Shown: piece by piece, positions 37,740 through 48,200 of the stretch | Numbering within the stretch: position 1 is the stretch's first letter | Layout of the letters: every line of letters starts with the position of its first letter | Assembly: GCF_006345805.1 (NCBI RefSeq) | Contig: NC_043006.1 | Coordinates: 32,302,001-32,366,000 of the forward strand | Reading direction: 5' to 3' | DNA: 64,000 nt | Origin: Octopus sinensis | Taxonomy: Eukaryota | The notes under the pieces: model-generated | Told to the model about the DNA's origin: nothing | The model's database searches: none | What the model saw: only the letters and a program-made list of their open reading frames with translations | Program-made: the position numbers and the translations under genes

Positions 37740-38580
37740 TCCTGACATAAACTCTTTCCAGAAGTAACAAACCTAACAAAGCAATGAAAAGCAACCAAAC
37801 GTAACCTCAGGAAATTGACTTACTTTGCAAGCTAACACTATCGATCAAATACGAAAAACTGCTGCACGAACTGTGATAAACTCTTACTAAAATCAAATAC
37901 TCAGGACTCTTTTAAAAACTGGAGAACTAGGAAACCGGTAAAGTAATTGTAAATGAATTTTCAAATAACATTCCTTTCTTCACACACACACACACACACA
38001 CATGATGGACTCCCCTGTCGAAGAGGATCTATGAGCGTTCAACTGTTGTTGAACGACATGTATAACTTATTTGTTTCTAGTGATCAAATGTATGTGGCGT
38101 CCATTAGCGCACTCTCTTCATCAAATCGACGTTGCCAAAACAAATGCACGGTGTACTACACGTCAATTGTGGAAGAGATCGTAGAGTAACATAAGATGAA
38201 GTGTTTTGTTCAAGAACGCAATGCACCAACCGGTCTAGGGATTGAAACCACAACCTCGCGATCGAGAGTGCAACACCCTAACCACTAGGCCGTGCGCCCC
38301 CCACATGCTACTAAATGTAAAAGATGTAACGAGGATTACATAGGTCAAACAAAACTCCCTCTCAGAAATAGACTAACTATTCATAGACGTTAGATCCGAG
38401 ACCCCATTACTAGGCAGATCTCACTGACTGGACACATAGACGCACGTGAAAAAAACTAAGTCTCCAAAATTCCAAGTCTCTTCACTTTGTTCAATCAATA
38501 GCACAGACCAAGCAGAAATAAACGAAACAAATATATTCTTACAAAAATACAAACCAAGACTGAATAAACTTTATCAAACT
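37740..38580 (+). mobile_element. Second Penelope-like GIY-YIG remnant, interrupted by microsatellite/SINE at about 37980-38305
   Basis: RNLRKLT..CCTNCDKLL, then after the insertion KCKRCNEDYIGQTKLPLRNRLTIHRR*IRDP..LTGHID; ends ETNIFLQKYKPRLNK. Confidence 0.7.
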
Positions 38581-40433
38581 CCATTCACCAACCACTATTC
38601 ACACACAAACTCATTCTGCTGCTTGGCATGTTGCAATTATATATTTAACAACCTAACTTTTGGACACAACCATGACCCCCCCCCACTTATGACGCTAACA
38701 GAAGATTAATGGTGAACAAAATTTGACGTCTGCGTAATAGAAACAAACCACAACTATTTAATCACTGGACAACATAGAAGCAACTGTCCGCTCTACCATT
38801 TGGCATATCAATTTAGAGAGCCTTGTTTTGGAACTGTCAATAGACATTTTCTCTTAACCGTGCCAGCTTTAATGTTCGGTGGAAAGAATATTATCACATG
38901 ATATTAACTAACAGACAGGGGGAAAACCTACAAAAATATAATAGCAGTTTGCTTCATCAGTTCAGCATCGCATCTTGCGGTAAAAATGGTCAACCACAAT
39001 GCTTTTATTGACAAAGTTGGGCTCTGTGATATTGACCGGATATAGCAAGACTCGAGTAAGAGAAAAGTGTAACTAATTTTCGCTTAAACATAGTTTAACA
39101 AGAGATCTTACGACATTTCTTATGTAAGAATTTCTTTTAAAATGTCAAGTTATGCCACAAGTTATCGCAACTTTAAGCCACGTAGAAGCATCTTCCTATT
39201 TTAATAGGGAAGTCGGAAATACAAGAGTGCAGGAGAAAGTAGCGAATCAAACTATGCCTGAACTATCGTTAATCGTTGCCCAAACAATTGTTAGACAAAC
39301 TGAACATTGTCACCGCTGTCTACAGCGGGAATGTGAAACTCCGTGAACAAAAGAGTCTGTCTGTGATCATCCAACCTGCTAGAAATACCACTCAAATGTT
39401 CAGCGAATGACATAAATAACATGAAAAAGGAAAAGCACATTAGATAATGTAATATTCCTAGATGCGTCGTCGTGATAGGAATGGGTTTAATCATAAGTAT
39501 TATTCAGGGCCAATATGGGTTTAAACATTGACAACATATCATTTGTGTTTCTTATTCAATTTTCTGTAGATTATTTCTTGAAAGGTTGAATATGGCTGTT
39601 AGGGTCAGAAAATCAATAGCTCACTGCTGATGTGTTGTGAACAGTTCACGTTTATCAGTCCAGAGGCTGAGATAGCAACGATACATTTAGCAGCAAATTC
39701 ACCAAACGACAATGAAATTGTGCAGTTCTCAGTTGGGTACTTAATAGTCTGAAATAGAAATTTGATTTCCATTCGGATCGATAATCGTCATCGCAAGAAC
39801 TCTGATGGAATTTATCCTGCTGGAATAACGTCTAAATTAATGTCCATAAAAATAAAATCCAACAATTAACAATCCTTCATTTACAGCGTTATCTGTCCCA
39901 AAATATTCTCGTTGCTTCACCAAAGCTAATTTAATTCAACAAAGGGAACTGCCTTACCGAGCTGCGTTGATTTCAAATTTGAAAACTATTCGTTATCATC
40001 TCCTATTGTCGCTGTTCGTTTCCGCTGAAGTCAAACATTTCCTAAATGTTGTATCAAGTATTTCATTAATGTTCTGATAAAGTCAGTGAGACAGAAATAC
40101 CATCTGCTACACTGTAGACGTCGCCTAAATAACTTAACAGAATTCATTCAATTTCAATGTAAGCACCTCGTTACACTATATGTCTAGTAATATGACAACC
40201 TCGCGTTTGCATATTTCTACCGTTATTTGAGGTATCTCGCCACGGTAGATTGTGGTATCATACTCTTTAAAGGTGATTTTGTTTTTAAGTTACCTTGTAA
40301 ATGAACTCAACTAAACTAACATGACGACATACAAATATATAAATTATATATGCATTATTCCACGCTCTTGGACATCTCTCAATGTGAGTAAGGATCTGAA
40401 ACTTGATAGTTCAGATATAAGCATGCTAAAATG

Positions 40434-40472
<39 letters not shown>

Positions 40473-40611
40473 CATACGCACACACGCAAGCATATGTATG
40501 CAGTTATATGCAAATATATATCAATGACTGAAACAAGTAAAGAGAGAGAATAGTGAAAACAGGGAGGAAAGGTTGAAAATGCGTTAACATTTTCTTCTTA
40601 TATACATATAA

Positions 40612-41650
40612 TATGGTGGTTGTCTACTCCTTATGCAGAGTTTCACCACCACCTGTACCTCCACCTTAGAACCACCGTGGCATCTGATGTAGCTTTTTAA
40701 ACCAGACAATGTTTTGAAAAGACACCCACATAGATTGCATATCTGATTTGTACCACTAAAAGCTGCAGATAAGTTCTGATCTCTGTGGATCTTAAAATGT
40801 CTTTTGAGGCCTCCATTAGGTTTGCAAAGCTTCTAGCATACACTGCGTTAAAAGGTGTGCACAGACATATCGGCAGAATAGTTAGTGGAGGTTCGTTTTC
40901 CATGGGTTTGCAAATGAGATTTGTGCCCAGCGAAAGAAAGGCATGGTCTGTCACAATCAGTACACAAAAATGTCATTGTGATTCACCTTCTCGGTCGAAA
41001 CACTCTTCCTTGGGTCTTGCATGACTTATCCTGGCCTTTTAAAACTCTTTCACTCCACACATTTGTTTGCCATCCAGCTCGATCGGAAGCAAGGGTTTCT
41101 ACGTCCATTGGATCCAATCCAAGTGACCTCATGGTAGTCCTTATGCCGCCCTCAAACCATTTTTTAAGGTTTACACTGTTAGCATTTCCCCTCTGCAAGC
41201 ACATCATAAAACAGCTGTTTGGGCGTGCGTTCATCCGCCATTTGAACAATATGGCCTCCCCATTTCATTTGTTTCCTCAAAATCATAGCTTTAATTGAGG
41301 TGATGCCTGCAGATGTAATGACACTCGTGTTTAGAGTAAAAGAACTCCATTTAATGTTGAAAATGCGATGAAGGTATTTTCGTGGAATTGTTCTAACAAT
41401 TCAAAATGTCTTTTATAACATGTCCTTGTTTCACAAGAAAAAACAGGGATGGTAAGGCAAATGATTTGTAAAGAGCCAACTTTGTATTCTTATATATAAG
41501 TCGCTGGCGCCAAACGCGTGACTCCAAAACACCAACTGTTTGTGCTGCCCTTTGAATTCGCAGATGTATTTCCTTATCAAGATTTCCATCATTTTGTACA
41601 AACATTCCAAGGTAGATGAACGAATCAACAACCGCAAGTAACTTACCCTT
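40612..41650 (-). mobile_element. RTE (BovB-like) LINE 3' remnant with three C-terminal C2H2 zinc fingers
   Basis: VDSFIYLG..NDGNLDKEIHLRIQRAAQ..GVLESRVW..TKLALYKS; KWGGHIVQMADERTPKQLFY; LASDRAGW; then three CxxC...HxxxH units at 40964-40677. Confidence 0.85.
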
Positions 41651-42009
41651 AACAAAAATTTTAGGGATGGGTTACAAACAGCGCCACATATTGATACATT
41701 AGAACTGTTGTTTTTCTGCAATGCTTTTAGATATAAAAAAATGAAATATAAATAACAAAATAATAACAAAATAATGAAAACAAGAAGAAAGATATTGAAA
41801 TGCTAACATCGAATTATGTTTTCACACACGGTAGCTGATATTTCGAAGTAAAATCTACTCAACAAAAGTTTTAAATGTGCATTTTCTGAGCGTGTCCAAA
41901 TACACGTAGGCGTGCTGGGCTGATACAGGGAACCGATGCACCAGCAAAACCGATATATAATCTTTCTCCCCCTCTACCTTTCTCTCCCCTCTCTCTTGCT
42001 GTCTCTGTC

Positions 42010-42104
<95 letters not shown>

Positions 42105-42630
42105 GTCTATCTATCTATCTATTCATTACTCTCTTTTTCTCGTTCTTTATGACTTTTGAAAAGAATTTTTAACTTGAAATATCAGAAATGATTAAATATA
42201 TCTATGCTAACATTTCAATATCTTTATTATCGATATAAAACGTTCTATCTGCCTTTTGACGGCCTTTCATGGAATACTGACTTTTTACATACGTACGTTC
42301 ACACACACACTGACACACACACACACAAGCACACACACGCGCGCGCGTGCGTGTATGTGTGTATAACATGTGAAAGCGCATGGCCTAGTGCTTAGCGTAT
42401 TCGGCTGACGATATGAGTTCCCGGCGGCGCGTTGCGTTCTTGAGCAAGGCACTTTATTCCGCATTGCTCCAGTCCATTCAACTAGCAAAAAGATGAGTTG
42501 CACCTGTATTTTGAGAGGTGTGTCTTGTCACATTCTGTGTAACGCTGAATCTCCCTGAGAACTACGTTAAGTGTACGTGTGGCTGTGGAGTGTTCGGCCA
42601 CATGCACGTTTACTTCAGAAGCATGCCGTT

Positions 42631-43620
42631 CGGTTTCTGCGTTGTTTTCTTACTTCAGACAGTACAGTTTGGTTTATTAAAAGTTGTTTGCCCCATCCCC
42701 ACACTCACTTCTTTCCACCAGCCTCTTCATCAGTCACAATGTGTTCGACTCACAATGGTCCTGAAGGAATTGGTTGAGGCAACTTGTGTACAGCTTGTAC
42801 ATAATGTTTAGGCAAGCAATGAGCCTGTAGTTTCCAGCCATCTCAGTGACTTCATGTTTTGGCAACAAGATTTGTCCTTGCTGTAGCAAGCCAATGTGTT
42901 ATATCAGGCTGACCTTTCACACTCCTTTTGATCATACATATCAATTGGTTCCTATAAAATGTCAGCTTCTTGTACCAATATCCGACTATTAGGCCCCTTC
43001 CAGGTGCCTTCCCTTTCTGTAGTTCGCCTACTGCTATAGCGAAGGTTTCTGCATCAATTTTGTATGTTTTTTTGTTAGTGTTGGTACAGTATTCTCTCTA
43101 AATTGTATTTAACCATGCTGCATTCAGTTGGAAATCCCTCTTTTCATTCCAAAAAAATTCGTTTGCGATGGCGGAGTTTCTCGCTTTTCATCCTGAGTTC
43201 ATGTTTTAAAGTGATTAGCTTTCCCTCAAGATCTCGATGTGAAGAGTTGCCATAAAGTTCCATTAATTTTTGTCTAAGGTAGAGTTGGTGAGACGTAAAA
43301 CTCATTTTATCGCCTTACATTTTATTGTTGCGGCGCATGTTCTTGATGTTTCTTCAAGATTTGTTTTCCATCAAGGTTGTTTCCGTTTAGTAATTCCGTT
43401 ATTTTGCTCGCTGTAGATTTCTCCTAGGTATTTTTTAAGAGTAATAGCGGCTGTGTATATAAGAGTATTTGTATTCCAGTAATTAACATCACATGATTTC
43501 ATGTGCTCTCTAGCAACATCGTTGATAACCTTAAACTTTAGATCGGTCGGATGTTTCCTCACTCTTTTTGGGGATGATCTGTCGCTCAACGAAAGCTTCG
43601 GGTAAGTAGCAAATTTATTT
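42631..43620 (-). mobile_element. R4/Dong-like (RLE-group) non-LTR retrotransposon fragment, pre-RT region plus RT N-terminus
   Basis: NAAWL, KAPGRGLIVGYWYKKLT, WLATART-ILLPK, NYRLIACLNIMYKLYTS, GGKK.VWG..QLLINQTVL..VRKQRRN. The homology stops at the SINE at 42373-42630. Confidence 0.75.
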
Positions 43621-43644
43621 TGGAGAATTGTAATTTAAAAATGC

Positions 43645-43675
<31 letters not shown>

Positions 43676-44571
43676 TGTATGTATGTATGTATGTATGTAT
43701 GCATGCATGCATGCATGCATGTATGTGTGCATGCATGTATGTATTTAATATGTAAGAACGACTTGTTCATGTTTTAAAACATGAAGCGGGGATAACGGTG
43801 ACACTTTCAAGTCCGAATCATCTCCTATTCTGAGTAAGTAACAAGACATCTTTTCGTGTTGAACCATTTTTCATTTTTCCTTTTATTTAGTTTTTGCTTT
43901 TACTTTAAATCGAATAATAGATGAAAGCTTTCCTCAAAGCAAGTATGGGGTCTCATTTTTTCCGTTTTTCTTTTGTCTGTTATCACGTGTTACTAAACTT
44001 TACACAATGTATTTGTGTGTCTGTGTGTCTGCGCGTGCATGCGTGTAAATGCATACACGCATGTCTCTGTGTGTGTGCGTGTTTGTATTTTGCGAGGTCC
44101 TTGATGTGAGGTCGTGTGTTAAAAACATATTACTTCATGGGAAGTCTATTCTGCCAAAAAAAAAAAAAACACATGCACCATTTCAATTTCGTTTCATTAA
44201 CACGTAACTAATCGTTTACTTAATTAATTAATTTGTCAAAGTCGATCGTCATATTGCTGTGAACTTATCACTAAAGATTATCACTCCTATTTGCTCCGTG
44301 CCAGGCATCCAAAGTGTAACTTTGTTTTTCGTGATGTGTATATTCTTCGTTATGTATATACTGTGTGTGTGTGTGTGTATGTGTGAGTGTGCGTGTGTTG
44401 TGTGTGTGCGTGTGCGTGTGTGTGTGTAGTGTGTGCGTGCGCATTTAATGTGAATTGAATGCAGACAATTTCGTGCTTTTGTATAAAGTGATTAGTGCCG
44501 AGAGGTATGTGCGTGTGTGTTGGTGTGTGTGGGTTGGGGCTTTGCTATCGTTTTTTAATTTGGTTTCTTTC

Positions 44572-44730
44572 ATATATATATATATATATATATATATTAG
44601 ATATATATATTTATATAGATAATATATATATAGATATATATAGATATATCTTATATATATATATATAGATATATATATATATATATATTAGATATGTATA
44701 TATATAGAGTATATTATATATATATATCGT

Positions 44731-44763
<33 letters not shown>

Positions 44764-44767
44764 TATA

Positions 44768-44850
<83 letters not shown>
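44572..44850. repeat. Long imperfect (TA)n microsatellite
   Basis: Direct reading. Confidence 0.97.
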
Positions 44851-44857
<7 letters not shown>

Positions 44858-44858
44858 T

Positions 44859-45340
44859 ATACTAGCAGTATAACACGCCTTGCCCGGGATTAAGTTACGA
44901 TTATTAAGCTAATCAAGTTCTTTATTTCCAACCAAATAAGTAATATCGACGTCAATTTGGGCAAAATCCGTGAAATTGGTTATATTATATATAAATTATA
45001 TATATTATATATATATAATATAATATAATATAATATAATATAATATAATATAAATATATATGGGCAACAGACACGAACACACATATACGTACGTACACCT
45101 ATTACATGTTTTGTGCATGCATACATGTTCATAAACAGAAATGAATGGAAAAATGTTGTTAAATTTGTAGATTAACACTCGCACGATTTTCACTAAGAAA
45201 ATTAATCGTTTTTTTTTGCGTGGAATCAACTACTCTGGCCTCCTAATATGCTACAAAACCCTTTTTGTGGTCCGTGAAACGGAGTGGGTGTGGTGGAAAC
45301 CTCGGAAATTGTGCCCATTTATATTGTGCAATTCACTGAC
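44859..45340 (+). mobile_element. Helitron-like non-autonomous element, 5' part (right boundary uncertain)
   Basis: Starts actagcagtataacacgccttgcccggg at the end of a (TA)n run; resembles ACTAG...GCCCG Lep1-type 5' ends. Confidence 0.45.
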
Positions 45341-45625
45341 AAATTGCTACTCACCTCTTTGTTTCTTTGTTGTTAAATAAATGGATTGTCAACAAAACAC
45401 TTTTTTACTCGGCGTAAAATAAAAACAAAACTCTTTCGCACCCAAAGTAATGTGTATGAGAGAGAGGGGGGAGAAAGATGAACGATTTAAAATAAATATA
45501 TTGTAATTGTTGTGTGAGAAAGTATATATACTATGATTATAAAATATAGTGTCTTTCAAAAACATCCTGAATTTGAACACTATATCTCGTGTTTAAGAAA
45601 AGACAAAACATTTTACATTTTATAT

Positions 45626-45916
45626 TTTATGAACGTCGTCGCTTACTCTCTCTCTCTCCCTCTCTCACTTTGTTTTCCCGTGAAACTCTCTGCTTCTCTT
45701 CCACTTTTCTTTATCTTGTTTTTCTTTGTTAGACGCCGTCAGAAAGCTATGGCTGAAAATAGATTTTTATGAACGTCGTCACTTACTCTCTCTCTCCATC
45801 TCTCACTTTGTCTTTCCCGTGAAACTCTCTGCCTCTCTTCTTCCACCTTTCTTTATCTTGTTTTTGTTTTTGCTAGACACCGTCAAAAAGCTATGGCTGC
45901 TGAAAATAGATTTTTA
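45626..45916. repeat. Tandem duplication, two ~140-150-bp units
   Basis: ttttatgaacgtcgtc...ttcccgtgaaactctctg...agctatggctg..aaaatagattttt present twice. Confidence 0.9.
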
Positions 45917-46429
45917 CCGCTATCCGCGGGTGCCTCGGGAAAAAAATAAGTTGACAAAACCCAGATAGGTTGTTGACGAATGTCCTCCTAAAATTTGAAC
46001 GACATGCGTGCTAATTTGTGCATAAACTACAATCACGTACACACACACACACACATCTTGCATACATACAGATATATATAAATATATATGTATTCCCAAC
46101 CACATGGTTGGGAATACATATATACATATATATATACTGGGTTCAGTACTATTGCGTGATACCTTGGGCAAGTGTCTTCTGCTATAAACTCGGGCCGATC
46201 AAAGACTTGTGAGTATATCTGGTTGACGTAAACCGTAAGAAGACCGTCTTATATATGTATATATATAATTATAGTATATTCTGTTAAGAACATAGTAGAA
46301 TACAGTATAAAGTTCGCTCGTCCACTTTCACATTTAAACTGTGCTTTCCAGAAGTAGTATTATATGTATTTCCAGGTTGGCGTTTGGGCATCTGTCGTGT
46401 GTGAATAGATAATTGAAAAAATTGAAGTC

Positions 46430-46800
46430 AACAAGAAGGGTACGGTTGGACATTTATTTTTTAATCACTACAACTGTTTGCACGCAACGTAGTTCTCCAG
46501 ATGTGCAGGTACTTGATTAAGAAACTATTTCCCTGCATTATATTGTGTTTCCTCAGGTGATATGTAAATATTGTCTCTGTAAATTTAAAATCCTCAGCTT
46601 CAGGAACATTCTATCTCTCTGTCGTGGCCTTAATTTAGTAGTAGTCACAAAGCCTATCAGGGTATGGTGTTGGCGAAGGGCCATTGGCAAAATGCTTTGA
46701 ATGCGTAAATGTAGTGGGATGGTGATTCTCGTACTCTTAAAGTGGCTGCCGTTTTAAAGAGATTGGTATTTTATTTCTTTGTACTGTTGATTTGTTCTTC
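46430..46800 (-). mobile_element. Possible highly decayed Penelope-like 3' end
   Basis: FKTAATLR..YIYAFKAFC-like piece followed by a degenerate hammerhead-like motif at 46466-46503. Confidence 0.35.
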
Positions 46801-47229
46801 ATGGTTGGTTACACATGATTCTCCTTAGCTGGCCATTAAGATTCAACACTCGGACACATACACGCATGTATGCGCGCTCGCACGCACACACATATATATA
46901 TACATTCACATACATACACATATATAAAATCTACACACACATATACATACGGATATATACACACGCTCACATATACGGATATGTACGCGCACTCACGTAC
47001 ATATATATAAGCACACCTACACACGCTCGCATATACATACACAGATACTCGAGTGTGCATACACACACTTACACACATGTATACATATCTACTTACACAC
47101 ACACACACGCACACCCATTCACACCATACATATAAATATTCACTAACAAATTAAAAAAAGAGTAGCTTATTAGCAATTAAATAAAGGAAATTTTATAGTG
47201 GTCAAAAAAGTGACGGAGGATAATTTTTT

Positions 47230-47610
47230 TTAAATTAAAAGAAATTTTCGAGGAAAATTTTCCAAAAATTTTCCAGAAATTAAAAAAAAATTTTTGGGGA
47301 AAATTTAAAAAAGGTTTTCAAAAAATTTTGATGAAAATTTTCAAAAAATTTTTCAAAATTTTTGTTGAAAATTTTCCAAAAATTTTTGAAAAGTTTTTGG
47401 GGAAAATTTTCAAAAGATTTTCAAAAAGTTTTTTAAAAAGTTTTTCAAAAATTTTCAAATAATTTTTCAAAATTTCTGGGGGAAAATTTAAAAAAGCTTT
47501 TCAAAAATTTTTGGGTAAGATTTTAAAAAAGTTTTTAAAAAATTTTTGGGGAAAATTTTCGAAAAATTGTTCAAAAATTTTTGGGGAAAATTTTCCAAAC
47601 ATTTTCAAAA
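47230..47610. repeat. A/T-tract minisatellite (aaaattttc-aaaaatttttgggg units)
   Basis: Direct reading. Confidence 0.85.
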
Positions 47611-48043
47611 ATATAATAAAATATAATGTTTTGTCTAATGACTAATTCGTCTTTTGTGCTGGGCCACTGGTAGTAATCTATGTTATTACCCTTTTTTGAT
47701 TATATTCACATATTACTTGATAGATTTGTTCGTAAAATTTTTTCCCGGGATGCCCTATATCACCGGGTAGATTTTGCGTCTGCGCAGAGGTTTGAAAAGT
47801 TAAGATTTACAAGTTGTTTCGATCAACACATGGTCTAACGCTCTCGATTTAACAAAGGCGTCTCGCCGATGAAACCAGCCTTAGCAAACATATTCTGTCC
47901 GTTTTGCTAGAAAGAGGTAGAAACTGATCAGTCCGGGATGTATCGTTAATGGTAAATGTTTTTGATTTTCACTCTCGATGAATTTATCCCTTTTTGTGTC
48001 CCTAGCACTTGGCGTCCTTATTTAGGAGCCCTTATATATATAT

Positions 48044-48077
<34 letters not shown>

Positions 48078-48140
48078 ATATGTATGTTCGTTTGTTTTCA
48101 CCTGCCTTCGTCTTTTGTTTATTTTCATAAAGCTTCCCGT

Positions 48141-48200
<60 letters not shown>

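Noticed and set aside
37925-37945. gaaaccggta, resembling a palindromic stem III
   Set aside because: No proper core upstream, and the segment reads better as Penelope coding remnant.
39893-40300. Minus-strand fragments resembling Calx-beta (TATIGDDN) with a GTAAGG donor
   Set aside because: All frames are interrupted; similarity too short to support.
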